Positions 40,600-50,966 of a stretch of 64,000 nt of DNA are shown here, piece after piece. Position 1 is the stretch's first letter. Every line of letters starts with the position of its first letter. The notes beneath the pieces are model-generated. The model did not search any database. It had not been told where the DNA came from and saw only the letters and a list, made by a program, of their open reading frames with translations. Where the stretch lies: positions 3,400 to 67,399 of the forward strand of contig CALLUQ010000069.1 of the NCBI GenBank assembly GCA_938010565.1. The letters are read 5' to 3'. A program made the position numbers and the translations under genes. Origin of the DNA: an uncultured Flavobacteriales bacterium (GTDB taxonomy: Bacteria > Bacteroidota > Bacteroidia > Flavobacteriales_D > CALLUQ01).

Positions 40600-41514
40600 T
40601 CAACGTTCTTTTTTCTTCTTATTCACCAGATAAACACCACAGAGAATAAACGTACTGAACATCAATGCCAATGCCGTAACTTCTTCTCCGTCTACCACCC
40701 CCCAAAGAATCGCTACCAAGGGAATAAAATAGGTAACCGATGCAGCAAAAATGGAAGAGGTCATTTTGATAAGCCAGTTGAACAAGATCACGGCAAAAGA
40801 GGTTCCGACTACAGCAAGAATAGCCGTGTAGCCAAATGCTTCCCACCCTTGCGGGTGATCCGTCAAAACGGTTGTAAAGTCGGTAGCGAATACACAAATG
40901 GTGGCCAAGGGACCTATAAACAAGAAAGCAATAGCCGTAATGGCAACGGAGGGTACTTCCTGCAAGGAATACCGGATTATGTTGACGCTGATGGCGTAAC
41001 AAAGTGTTGCTCCCACCACTAACCACGAATAAGCAAGGTTGCCGGAGGGGCCAATGCCTTGTGTACTCACTAGGCCAACAGCTCCTCCCATGCCCAGGAA
41101 AATGCCTACCATTTGTGCCCGACTTACTTTCGTTTTATAAACCCAAAGACCTATCAGTAAGGTAAGTAAAGGCACCAGGGAGTTGAGAATGCCCACATAA
41201 GAACTGTCGAGTCTATTCTGTGATGCGGTAAACAAGAATGCAGGCAAGCCATTTCCAAATAACCCTACGGCCAGCATGGACAGCCAATGTTTTTTGAAAT
41301 AACGTTTTACATAGATAAAAGCAAAAGGGAGCAACACCAGAGATGCCATACTTATCCTTAGTGCTGCAACCTGCACATCCGAAAAAAGAGGTTGTTTATC
41401 GCTTGTAAACATGGCCCGTTTCATCAAAATGAATGAACTGCCCCAGATGATGGCGAGCAATATCAGGATCGCCCAGGTAACAAATTGAGCGGATGGCGGT
41501 TTTTGGGCAGTCAT
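40600..41514 (-). CDS. DMT/EamA family transporter
   Basis: About 10 TM; LAIIWGSSFILMK and SVTYFIPLVAILWG motifs. Confidence 0.92.
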   Translation of the reverse strand: MTAQKPPSAQFVTWAILILLAIIWGSSFILMKRAMFTSDKQPLFSDVQVAALRISMASLVLLPFAFIYVKRYFKKHWLSMLAVGLFGNGLPAFLFTASQNRLDSSYVGILNSLVPLLTLLIGLWVYKTKVSRAQMVGIFLGMGGAVGLVSTQGIGPSGNLAYSWLVVGATLCYAISVNIIRYSLQEVPSVAITAIAFLFIGPLATICVFATDFTTVLTDHPQGWEAFGYTAILAVVGTSFAVILFNWLIKMTSSIFAASVTYFIPLVAILWGVVDGEEVTALALMFSTFILCGVYLVNKKKKER

Positions 41515-42008
41515 AAATTTGCCACAAAGATAACTAACATATAGCTGGGTTTTACGGATGTTTTCTCCGTCCCGAATGCTCCGAATGCCTCGAAATGTAC
41601 ATTAATGCACTATTTATGCTTTTTTATGCCGGACAAAAAATGAGGACGTTTCACCTCATTGCTCCTTGTCATTTTTTGCACACCAATCGCTATTGTTCCG
41701 CATGGATACGGCAAAGCTTTTTTTTACAAATTTCGATCGGATTGAGCCAGGCAAAACATCGCATTCCAAATCTCTCGTAAACTATGGGTACGCTTGCGAC
41801 TGCCATTCAGGATCTTTTCAATCAATTGCGATTGACCATCGGTCAAATCGGAAGGGTAACTTTTTCATAGCAATATTTTTTTGTTATTGATCTCAATATG
41901 AAAAAGTTATCTTTTGTTTTCGCATCACTATAAGAAATTATTTCAACAGATTTCCTAGCCGCTACTTAGAAAAATAAAATATTTTTGTCTGTTTGTAGTT
42001 ATGAATAG

Positions 42009-44705
42009 ATGGTCCTTTACAAGGTGATAAGATACAGTACCCATATTGCGCTTTTGCTGTTGTTTCTCTTTGGTACGGCCTTTTTGTTTCAAGGGTGCAA
42101 AACCACAAAAAACAAATGGGCAAATCGAGCTTACCACGGAACCACCACCCGCTTTAACTATTACTTTAATGCGCGGGAAAGCATACGCGATGGTGTAGAT
42201 CAGTACCGGAATAATTACGACGATGATTACACCCAACTCCTTCCGGTTTGGACCTACCCGGATGAGGTAACGGCAAAAAGCCTTTATCCGCAAATGGATG
42301 TTGCCATCGAAAAATGCCAGAATGCGATCGAGTTGCATTCCATTTACATCAACAAACAAAACCAGGAGTACAATACCTGGATCGACGATTCTTATTTTTT
42401 GATCGGGAAGGCTTATTTTTTTAAACGGGAATTTGCAGATGCCAACCGCTTGTTAACCTATACGGCTCGCGAATACAAACACTCGGAAACCCGTTTTGAC
42501 GCCATGCTTTGGTTGGCCAAAACCAAACTGGAGCAAGGCGATTATAACGAAACCCGCAAACTCATTGACATACTTAAAGACGCCGATGAGGAGGCCCGGT
42601 TAAAAAAGAAAAAACCCAAAAGGAAAAAGAAAAAAAGCAAGCGCAAGAAGAGCAAAACCGGAAAAAACAAAAAGCCGGATCTCAAAACAGCACCTTTTCC
42701 CAAAAGATTGCGCGACGATCTGTTTGCCCTTGAGGCCGATATGTTCATCCGCCAAGAGCGATATGACGATGCCATCGCTCCGTTGGATCTGGCCATTGAA
42801 AATGCAAAATCAAAAGCGTTTCGGACCCGTTTGATTTACATACTGGCTCAGATATATCAGGAATCGGGCGATAAAAACAATGCTTCTCTCCAATACGCCC
42901 GGGTCATTAAAATGCACCCGAATTACGAAATGGAATTTTATGCCCGGATCAACCGGGCTTTGAATGTAAACGTGCGAAGCAAAGATTACAACGACATTCG
43001 TACTGAGTTGAAAAAAATGCTCAAAGACGAAAAGAACGATCAATACTACGATCAGATCTATTATGCGTTGGCCGAGATTGAATTAAAAGACCGCAACCGG
43101 GATCTGGCCGTAGAGTACCTGAAAAAATCGGTGGATGCGAGTATAAACAATAAACGCCAGAAAGGCCTTTCCTTCCTCAAGCTGGCAGAATTGCAGTTCG
43201 ATCGCAGAATTTATACCGATGCTCAACGGTTTTATGATAGTACCACCCAATTTCTTCCCGAAGATCATGCGTCGTTTGAAATGGCAGAACAGCGGGCAGA
43301 GTACCTCACCGATCTGGTGGGTCACCTCAACATCATTGCGTTTGAAGATAGTGTTCGTGCTTTGGCTGCCTGGGATAAAAATAAACTCTACGATTTGATC
43401 GATGATATCATTCAGGAAAAGAAGGATGCCGCTGATGCACTCCAAACCGAAGAGGAGTTAAACCGGCTCAACAATGCGACAGTCCTCAAAAATCCCGGCG
43501 TTGCATCAAAAGGCGGTTTCTGGCCCTACAACGCTACGGCCCGTGGTTTTGGTTTCAACGAGTTTCGCAAAAAATGGGGCGACCGGAAGCTGGAAGACAA
43601 CTGGAGGCGTTCCGACAGATCAGCGAGCATTTCGGATTTTGATCCGCAGCAGGAAGATGCTCCTGAAAATGATGATGATGAAGATTTGCAAGCCAACAAC
43701 GAATACTCCCGGGATTATTATCTGAAAAGCATACCAACCACCGATTCTGCTTTGATGGCTTCCCACAACAATGTGATGGAAGCCATCTGGGGTTCCGGCA
43801 TCATCTACAAAGAAAAACTGAACGACAATAAACAGGCCATAGCCAGTTTCAAAAGCCTGATCGAACGCTATGATACTTGCCGTTACCAACTGCCGGCTTA
43901 TTACCAGTTGTACCGTTTGTATCTGGCACTTGGCGACCATACCAACGCAACGCTATATAAAAATAAACTCTCCGAATTTCCGGATAGCGAATACTGGAAA
44001 GTAATTGTAAATCCGGATTTCAAGAAAGAAGACGAAAAGCAACGTTTGACCGATAAAGCCGGGTATGAAAAAACCCTTGATGTTTTTCGGCAAGGGTTTT
44101 ACAGTGTCGTACTCAACGATTGCGACAACATTCTGGCTTCCACAGATCAAAACTTCTACGCTCCAAAATACCACCTGTTGCGGGCACAAACGCTTTCTCA
44201 GATGGACCGCATCAAAGAGGTAGCGCCTACTTTACGGGAAGTAGTTGTGGGCTATCCCGGTTCACCGGAAGCCATTAAAGCTGCTGAGTACCTGGCCGTA
44301 TTGACCGCCCGGGAGGAACAGAGCAAAGCAGAAGAAAGCCCTTATAAGATGGATGTAAACAGCGAACACTTTTTTGTGATGGTGTTCCCGAATACCCGTG
44401 GAAGTGTTCGGCATTATGTGAAAAAAGTGGCCGATTTTAACGATACTTATTTTCGCAATGATGGCCTGAAGGTGGAAAACTTGATCATGGATCCCGAAAA
44501 CCAGATCATTGTAGTAAAAAGATTTCCTGATATGCAGACAGCCGGCGATTATTACATCGCATTTAAAACCAACGACAATATTCTGAAGGAAATCAACAAT
44601 TTCTTTGATTTTTATACCCTGTCAAGAGCCAATTACCAAACGCTGTATAAAGAGAAGGACTTTGAGGAGTATAAAAAGTTTTTCGAGGCCAACTACCTCA
44701 ATTAA
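42009..44705 (+). CDS. porW: T9SS periplasmic TPR lipoprotein PorW/SprE
   Basis: FQGC lipobox; NRAYH..TTRFNYYFNA; F.KKWGDRKLEDNWRRS; ends FFEANYL. Confidence 0.85.
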   Translation: MVLYKVIRYSTHIALLLLFLFGTAFLFQGCKTTKNKWANRAYHGTTTRFNYYFNARESIRDGVDQYRNNYDDDYTQLLPVWTYPDEVTAKSLYPQMDVAIEKCQNAIELHSIYINKQNQEYNTWIDDSYFLIGKAYFFKREFADANRLLTYTAREYKHSETRFDAMLWLAKTKLEQGDYNETRKLIDILKDADEEARLKKKKPKRKKKKSKRKKSKTGKNKKPDLKTAPFPKRLRDDLFALEADMFIRQERYDDAIAPLDLAIENAKSKAFRTRLIYILAQIYQESGDKNNASLQYARVIKMHPNYEMEFYARINRALNVNVRSKDYNDIRTELKKMLKDEKNDQYYDQIYYALAEIELKDRNRDLAVEYLKKSVDASINNKRQKGLSFLKLAELQFDRRIYTDAQRFYDSTTQFLPEDHASFEMAEQRAEYLTDLVGHLNIIAFEDSVRALAAWDKNKLYDLIDDIIQEKKDAADALQTEEELNRLNNATVLKNPGVASKGGFWPYNATARGFGFNEFRKKWGDRKLEDNWRRSDRSASISDFDPQQEDAPENDDDEDLQANNEYSRDYYLKSIPTTDSALMASHNNVMEAIWGSGIIYKEKLNDNKQAIASFKSLIERYDTCRYQLPAYYQLYRLYLALGDHTNATLYKNKLSEFPDSEYWKVIVNPDFKKEDEKQRLTDKAGYEKTLDVFRQGFYSVVLNDCDNILASTDQNFYAPKYHLLRAQTLSQMDRIKEVAPTLREVVVGYPGSPEAIKAAEYLAVLTAREEQSKAEESPYKMDVNSEHFFVMVFPNTRGSVRHYVKKVADFNDTYFRNDGLKVENLIMDPENQIIVVKRFPDMQTAGDYYIAFKTNDNILKEINNFFDFYTLSRANYQTLYKEKDFEEYKKFFEANYLN

Positions 44706-44714
44706 AGCCCGGGC

Positions 44715-44753
44715 CGGGGCAAACGCATTTAATTTTGGGCAGCCTTTCCGGTA
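44715..44753 (-). mobile_element. ISAs1 right-end remnant (copy 3)
   Basis: CGGGGCAAACGCATTTAATTTTGGGCAGCCTTTCCGG matches the start of copy 1. Confidence 0.6.
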
Positions 44754-44997
44754 GCTCCGTTTCAAAAGCAAAAGCCCGAACATCAGCCAAACGAGTGTTA
44801 AAGAGCGGCCAATACCCGAATTACACGGATCAAACTCGTTTTCAAAATAATTCCAGCCTATTTTAGGCTCTCATTTTGTAAGGATCTTGCATGAAAAGAA
44901 GGGTGTGAGGTTCTGCTCCTTTTTTGTGCCCGACGTATGGTTTAAATGCACGGGAATTTTCGCCTTCGCAGGGGCGTAAAAAAAACAGAAAACAAAA

Positions 44998-45624
44998 TTA
45001 GCCTTCCTCGGCAGCCACCTCTTTTAAATCAGGCAGGTAAGAGCGCAACAAGTTTTCGATGCCATCTTTTAAGGTAGCAGTAGAAGAAGGGCACCCCGAA
45101 CAAGCTCCTTTTAATGTAACCGTTACCACACCTTGGTCATAACTTTTAAAATGAATGGCACCGCCATCACCCTCCACTGCCGGACGCACATATTCTTCCA
45201 ACAGATCAATAATTTTTTGTTCCTCTTCGGTTTCGCCAACCGCCAACGATGCCGGCACCGCAGAAGCAGGGTTTTTCGCTTCGGTTGCAGCAGCAGAATC
45301 CGGAACAACCTTTTGCACCAGGGTTTCGTTTTCCATCATAAAATCGCGTACAAATTGGCGTAGCTCAAGCGTTACCATATCCCAGTTTACCGCATCGGTT
45401 TTGGTAACCGTTACAAAGTTCGCCGCTATAAAAACACTTTTCACAAACGGAAACCGAAACAATTCTACTGCAAAAGTGCTGGAGCCATGTGCTTCTTCGA
45501 CATGGGTATACTCTACTACTTCTCCGCCTTCGATCATCAGCCGGTCCGCAACAAATTTCATGGTGGCCGGGTTGGGTGTCATTTCAGCGTAAACACTTAC
45601 CGGTATGCTTTTTTCCGTTTCCAT
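44998..45624 (-). CDS. nfuA: NifU/NfuA Fe-S carrier protein
   Basis: E.TPNPATMKF N-domain; VRPAVEGDGG and GACSGCPSS motifs. Confidence 0.92.
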   Translation of the reverse strand: METEKSIPVSVYAEMTPNPATMKFVADRLMIEGGEVVEYTHVEEAHGSSTFAVELFRFPFVKSVFIAANFVTVTKTDAVNWDMVTLELRQFVRDFMMENETLVQKVVPDSAAATEAKNPASAVPASLAVGETEEEQKIIDLLEEYVRPAVEGDGGAIHFKSYDQGVVTVTLKGACSGCPSSTATLKDGIENLLRSYLPDLKEVAAEEG

Positions 45625-45780
45625 GCGTTTTGGTTTTATGTTTGCATTTATACGCGCAAAACTAATCAATTGTATGCAAAAGCGGAAAACCCGGTTTTAA
45701 CTCCGCAGGATGTAACGGGCTGATAGCCGATCGTGGAGTGTTGGGGAGAAATGGGTATGCAATTTATGCTGCCATTGGCA

Positions 45781-45945
45781 CTAGTATTAAGTCAAGCATA
45801 CTTTAGCCGCACCAAGTTTTGATCTTTTTATCCCGGACTTCTTTAAAAAACAATCCATTAGCTACACTAAGCTCCTATTTTTCGCATGGTCCGGAACAAA
45901 AATACCGGCAACTTATACGACACAGTACACCTGACTTAACACTAG
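45781..45945. mobile_element. MITE-like 165-bp element with 22-bp terminal inverted repeats
   Basis: CTAGTATTAAGTCAAGCATACT versus AGTACACCTGACTTAACACTAG (18/22 complementary); CTAG at both ends; no recognisable protein encoded. Confidence 0.55.
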
Positions 45946-46166
45946 CAAAGCAGAGTGGGGTAAATTGCGGGAGTATTTCTTCCTTTTATCCGGGATATGA
46001 ACGATCTGTGGCTTTGGCATGAAGTAGAAGTATCTAACGCTTTGATGCGATATTTGTTTGGTTTTTTCTCTTCCGATGAAGCATCTACTGTTGCTACTCA
46101 CCCAGATAAAAAAGCACACCTGCAACTTTTCTTTCCGATTGCCGTTTATTAGCTTTGTAAGACAAC

Positions 46167-46577
46167 ATGAAAACAACACTTCGTCGGTCGGGTGCCTTGG
46201 TATTGCTGCTGCTGTTTACCGGCAGCACTTTCGGGTTATCGTTGAGTAAAATGACCTGCAATGTTTCAGGCATTGCACAATGGACAACCGATGGCTATTT
46301 CGATTGTTGTGCCGATGATGTTCCCCCTTTCGGTGCCGATGCATTCACCCACAATTGTTGCGATTTTACCAAAGCAATGTACAAGGTGGCCTTGCTCCCT
46401 CCTCACAAAGAAACCACCGATATTTTTCAGCATTCCGATAAATCCCGTAATGGGGTATTTCCAAGGCTCTTTGTTGCCTCCTACCCGGGTTTTGCTTCTC
46501 CTTATCACTCCGATCGTTCCCCTCCTCCCCTTCCGGTCAGGCACCGGTGGGTTTTCTTCTGTACTTTCATCATCTGA
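46167..46577 (+). CDS. Small exported Cys-rich protein (HYC_CC_PP-like)
   Basis: Signal peptide; MTC, DCC and NCC motifs, RSPPP, FCTFII end; precedes a TonB receptor. Confidence 0.7.
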   Translation: MKTTLRRSGALVLLLLFTGSTFGLSLSKMTCNVSGIAQWTTDGYFDCCADDVPPFGADAFTHNCCDFTKAMYKVALLPPHKETTDIFQHSDKSRNGVFPRLFVASYPGFASPYHSDRSPPPLPVRHRWVFFCTFII

Positions 46578-46682
46578 TCGTTTTCTTTTTCCCGGATAGC
46601 TGCGTTCTGTCCGACCACAGTTCCGTTGCAACTGTAAACGCGACCACCCTACACCATTCTACATCGTGAAAAAGAAAACACC

Positions 46683-48917
46683 ATGAAAAGAAAAATCGCA
46701 TTGTTCCCTTTTGCTGCCATGCTGTTGTTTGGGTTTTTGCCTTTATCCGGAAAAGCACAAACCATCACCGGTAAGGTAACGGCCTCCGCCAAGGGAGATC
46801 ATAAAAAAGCCGAAGAAATCTTGCCCGGAGCCAACGTTTACTGGGCTGGCACCCATATTGGAACCACCACCGATACCGATGGAAAATTTCAACTCAAAGC
46901 ACCGGAAACCTATCCGGCCATCCTCGTAGCCAGCTATGTAAGCTACAAAAGCGACTCTCTGGAAATAAAAGGCCCGGGAACAAACATTCGCATGCGTTTA
47001 CAGCCCCATGCTTTTCATGCGGTACGCATCAACGAGAAACGCCTTACCACTTTTACGTCTACCATCGATCCCATCCGAACAGAAACCATAACGACCGGTG
47101 AACTGGAGCGGGCGGCTTGTTGTAACTTATCCGAAAGTTTCGAAACCAATGCTTCGGTAGATGTGGTGGAAAACGATGCCGTTTCCGGCACCCGAAAGAT
47201 CCGGATGTTGGGGCTCGATGGGGTGTATACCCAAATACAAATAGAGAACATTCCCGGTATACGTGGCTTGGCATCCGGTACCGGTTTAACCACCATGCCG
47301 GGCACCCGCATCCAATCCATTCAGGTCTCGAAGGGTGCGGGAAGCGTGGTAAATGGCCACGAAGCCATAACCGGTCAGATCAACATCGAGCTTCTGAAGC
47401 CCGAAGAAAACGACCGGCTTTACCTCAACCTCTATGGCAATCACATGGGGCGATCCGAAGCCAACCTCCAACTCACCTCCAAAACGGGAGAAAAATGGGC
47501 CACCAATCTGTTTCTGCACGGCAGCGGTAACTTTGTAACCAACGACCGCAACAACGATCGGTTTCTGGATATGCCCGTTTATACCCACATCAATGTTTTT
47601 AACCGCTGGAAATACACCGGAAAAAAACGCATGATGCAAATCATGTATAAGATCGTAGACGAACGCAAACAAAGCGGGCAAACCGCATTTAATTACCCGC
47701 AGGATTTTGGCACACAGAATGCTTACGGAATAGGACTAAATACCCGGCAGTACGAAGTGTTTGTGAAAAACGGTTTTATCATGCCACAACATCCGGGCCG
47801 GAGTTTGGGCATTCTGGGCAAGGCCAACTACTATCGTTTTAACGCCTATTTTGGCAACCGCGAATACAATGCTTTGCAACGCAGCACCTGGCTCAATGCC
47901 ATTTATGCCGGTATCATCGGAACTACCCTGCACAAATGGAAAGCCGGAGCCAGTTTCCGTTACGATCATTTTCAGGAAAGCTTTGCAGATTCGGGCTTTT
48001 CGAGAGAAGAAGCGGTGCCCGGGACTTTTTTCGAATATACCTACAACGATTCGGAAAAATTTTCAGCCATTCTCGGGATCAGAGGAGATTGGCACAACAT
48101 GTATGGGTTCCGCTACAGTCCGCGGGTACATCTGAAATACAACCCCGCACCTTTATGGGTTTTTCGCCTGTCGGGCGGAAGGGGCTTCCGTACTCCGAAC
48201 GTATTGGCCGATCATCTTGGTTTGTTGGCCAGTTCCCGTAGGCTCATTGTTTTGGAAACACCAAAAGCAGAAGAAGCCATCAATTACGGAGGGTCTTTTT
48301 TACGAAAAATGGAATGGTTTGGACAGGAAGCTTACATCAGTGCCGATTTTTTCCGGACCCGTTTTATCCGGCAACTGGTGGCAGACCTGGACCGGGATGT
48401 ACATCAGGTAGTGTTTTATAATCTGGAAGGTATTTCCTATTCCAACAGTTTTCAAACCGATCTGGGTTTTGAGCCGGTGGAACGTTTACGCCTTCATTTT
48501 GCGTATAAGTTTACAGATGTAAAAACCACCCTCAACCATCGTTTGCAAGGCCAACCTTTTGTGCCGAAGCACAGGGCACTGTTTAGCCTTGCCTGGCAAA
48601 CGGCAAACGAGATATGGAGTTTTGATGCCACCACACAATGGACCGGAGTTAGCCGGATACCAAACACAGCGGCCAATCCGGCCGGGTTTCGGCTGGAAGA
48701 ACAATCGGAAGCTTTTTTTAAACAGCATATACAGGTGAGTAAACAATGGCGCCTGTTTGATGCTTACCTGGGAGTGGAAAATGCCTTTAATTACCGGCAA
48801 AGCAACCCCATTATTGATGCGGCCAACCCTTTTGGCAACCTTTTTGATGCCAGTATGATCTGGGGACCGGTGAACGGCCGGACCATTTATCTGGGTTTCC
48901 GATATAAACTGAAATAA
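46683..48917 (+). CDS. TonB-dependent receptor, putative heavy-metal uptake
   Basis: Carboxypeptidase-like N-domain; ELERAACCNLSESFETNASVDV; C-terminal FDASMIWGP..GR.IY.GFRY. Confidence 0.9.
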   Translation: MKRKIALFPFAAMLLFGFLPLSGKAQTITGKVTASAKGDHKKAEEILPGANVYWAGTHIGTTTDTDGKFQLKAPETYPAILVASYVSYKSDSLEIKGPGTNIRMRLQPHAFHAVRINEKRLTTFTSTIDPIRTETITTGELERAACCNLSESFETNASVDVVENDAVSGTRKIRMLGLDGVYTQIQIENIPGIRGLASGTGLTTMPGTRIQSIQVSKGAGSVVNGHEAITGQINIELLKPEENDRLYLNLYGNHMGRSEANLQLTSKTGEKWATNLFLHGSGNFVTNDRNNDRFLDMPVYTHINVFNRWKYTGKKRMMQIMYKIVDERKQSGQTAFNYPQDFGTQNAYGIGLNTRQYEVFVKNGFIMPQHPGRSLGILGKANYYRFNAYFGNREYNALQRSTWLNAIYAGIIGTTLHKWKAGASFRYDHFQESFADSGFSREEAVPGTFFEYTYNDSEKFSAILGIRGDWHNMYGFRYSPRVHLKYNPAPLWVFRLSGGRGFRTPNVLADHLGLLASSRRLIVLETPKAEEAINYGGSFLRKMEWFGQEAYISADFFRTRFIRQLVADLDRDVHQVVFYNLEGISYSNSFQTDLGFEPVERLRLHFAYKFTDVKTTLNHRLQGQPFVPKHRALFSLAWQTANEIWSFDATTQWTGVSRIPNTAANPAGFRLEEQSEAFFKQHIQVSKQWRLFDAYLGVENAFNYRQSNPIIDAANPFGNLFDASMIWGPVNGRTIYLGFRYKLK

Positions 48918-48953
48918 TTAAATTTAACACATAAATCATTCAAAAAACGTAAA

Positions 48954-49523
48954 ATGAAAAAGATCCTTCCAATGAGCGCCCTCCTTTCCTTTCTGATGTT
49001 GTTCGGTTTAGCGGTGCAAGCACAAAAATCAGCACCCACCAACACCAATGTTGTTGAAGCAAAAATCAAGACCACGGCGGTTTGCAACGATTGTAAAACG
49101 CGTTTGGAACACCACATGAAATTCGAAAAAGGCGTAAAATCCGCGAACCTTGATCTGGAATCGAAAGTGCTAACGGTAGCCTATCAGCCGAAAAAAACCA
49201 ACGAAGCCAAATTGCGTACTGCCATAACCAAAGCGGGGTATATGGCCGATGGCGTTCCGGCCAACAAAAAAGCGTATGCCAAATTGCCTGCTTGTTGCAA
49301 AGATCCCAAAACAACATGCAGCGACGATGCCAATACTAACGGTGCTTCATCTGCCGGTGTTCCTGCTCCCGTAACAAAAGCAAAAGGATGTTGTAGCGGT
49401 GGTAAAAAGAGTTGCACAAAAAACGGAAAAAAGCCCGATGGCGAACCTGCTGCCGATCAAAAAACGAATACGAGGAAAGCATGCTGTAGCGGCGTTTCAA
49501 AGTGCAAGAATAAAGGCAACTGA
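48954..49523 (+). CDS. Exported heavy-metal-associated (HMA) domain protein with Cys-rich tail
   Basis: Signal peptide; VCNDCKTRLE CxxC; AY.KLPACC plus two further CC..C clusters. Confidence 0.88.
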   Translation: MKKILPMSALLSFLMLFGLAVQAQKSAPTNTNVVEAKIKTTAVCNDCKTRLEHHMKFEKGVKSANLDLESKVLTVAYQPKKTNEAKLRTAITKAGYMADGVPANKKAYAKLPACCKDPKTTCSDDANTNGASSAGVPAPVTKAKGCCSGGKKSCTKNGKKPDGEPAADQKTNTRKACCSGVSKCKNKGN

Positions 49524-49715
49524 TGATCCGGTTGTATATGCCGTAAAAAATGGAGCAGCCATCCCTTTTCCGGTGGTAGCTTCGGGTTCTAAAACTTCAG
49601 GACAAGATTTTTTCAAAATTCAACAGGCAATATTACCTTCGCAGGTTAAAATGAAGCCATATTGTCTGAAATGGCTGAAAACGTACTTTTTATAAACTAA
49701 AAAATTTGAACCGGA

Positions 49716-50282
49716 GTGAACATTGATGAAACAATTGAACGGTTGAAAGAAGGGAATGCCCGCTTTGTAGCCGATAAGCTTGACGGAAAGCTTCAAGACA
49801 GCCAACGTAGAAATGAATTGACTGCCGGCCAGCAGCCCCACACCATTGTACTCAGTTGTGCGGATAGCCGTGTTGTGCCGGAGTTAGCATTTGATACCGG
49901 CCTGGGCGAATTGTTTGTGTTGCGGGTGGCCGGAAACGTGGCCAACACTTCTTCGCTCGCAAGCATTGAGTATGCCGTAGCCCATTGTAAATCGAAGTTG
50001 ATCGTGGTGATGGGACACCAGAGCTGCGGTGCCGTAACTGCAGCAGTAAGCGGTGGAGATAATGGTTATAACCTGAACCACTTGCTTGCGCACATTACGC
50101 CTGCAATTGCTGCCTCGGAAGACAAAACAGCGATTAACGACGTGGTAAAGACCAATGCCAGACTTACAGCAAAAAATATGCTTTCACGTTCGCTCATTCT
50201 TCGCGAAGCGGTAGAAAAAGGAGCCTTGAAAATAGTGCCGGCATATTATAGCCTGGATTCCGGAAAAGTGGATTTCCTGTAA
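49716..50282 (+). CDS. Beta-class carbonic anhydrase
   Basis: LSCADSRV, RVAGNV and GHQSCGAV motifs. Confidence 0.95.
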   Translation: MNIDETIERLKEGNARFVADKLDGKLQDSQRRNELTAGQQPHTIVLSCADSRVVPELAFDTGLGELFVLRVAGNVANTSSLASIEYAVAHCKSKLIVVMGHQSCGAVTAAVSGGDNGYNLNHLLAHITPAIAASEDKTAINDVVKTNARLTAKNMLSRSLILREAVEKGALKIVPAYYSLDSGKVDFL

Positions 50283-50343
50283 TGGATCCGAATTTATGGA
50301 ATGGTTTGAGGCCATCTTGCTTTTATAATAATATAAGAGCAAG

Positions 50344-50856
50344 ATGGCCTTAATTTTATCGTGTAGGGAAAATACGCCTCAGATCCCTGCCTCCTGCTGG
50401 CTGGCTGAAAATGCTACCATAGCAGGCGAGGTAACCATGGGCGAAAGATGCAGCGTTTGGTTCAACGCTGTTATTCGGGGAGATGTAAACTCCATCCTGA
50501 TTGGTGATCAGGTTAACATTCAGGATGGAGCCATTATTCATTGTACGTATCAGAAAGCCGCAACCACCATCGGGAATAACGTTTCCGTTGGGCACAATGC
50601 TATTGTTCACGGGTGTACCGTTCATAGCGATGTGCTGGTTGGCATGGGAAGCATTTTGATGGATGGTGTGGTAGTAGAAAGCAATTCCATCATTGCGGCA
50701 GGGGCGGTTGTCACCCAAAATACCCATGTGGAAACAGGAAGCATTTATGCCGGAGTACCTGCAAAAAAGGTCAAAACGATTTCTGCGGAACTAACCAAAG
50801 GGGAAATTGATCGCATTGCGAAAAATTACCAATTGTATGCTTCCTGGTTCAAATGA
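50344..50856 (+). CDS. Gamma carbonic anhydrase family protein
   Basis: Hexapeptide repeats; RGDVN, NIQDGAIIH and GHNAIVHGC motifs. Confidence 0.93.
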   Translation: MALILSCRENTPQIPASCWLAENATIAGEVTMGERCSVWFNAVIRGDVNSILIGDQVNIQDGAIIHCTYQKAATTIGNNVSVGHNAIVHGCTVHSDVLVGMGSILMDGVVVESNSIIAAGAVVTQNTHVETGSIYAGVPAKKVKTISAELTKGEIDRIAKNYQLYASWFK

Positions 50857-50896
50857 GGCAGCCTGGCTGTGAGCCTGAAAAGCGAGGGGAGCCCGT

Positions 50897-50921
50897 CAGG
50901 GCAAACGCATTAAGTATTGGG
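50897..50921 (-). mobile_element. ISAs1 right inverted repeat remnant (copy 4)
   Basis: CAGGGCAAACGCATT followed by degenerate AAGTATTGGG. Confidence 0.5.
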
Positions 50922-50966
50922 TTCAGGCATCTTGTCTTGCAAATTTAATTACCTTCAGAAGTTTTA

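Noticed and set aside
40210..41022. 270-aa plus-strand ORF
   Set aside because: Antisense to rplU and the DMT transporter; shadow ORF.
41571..41597. Short direct repeat CCGAATGC
   Set aside because: Two exact 8-mers plus one degenerate copy; within chance expectation.
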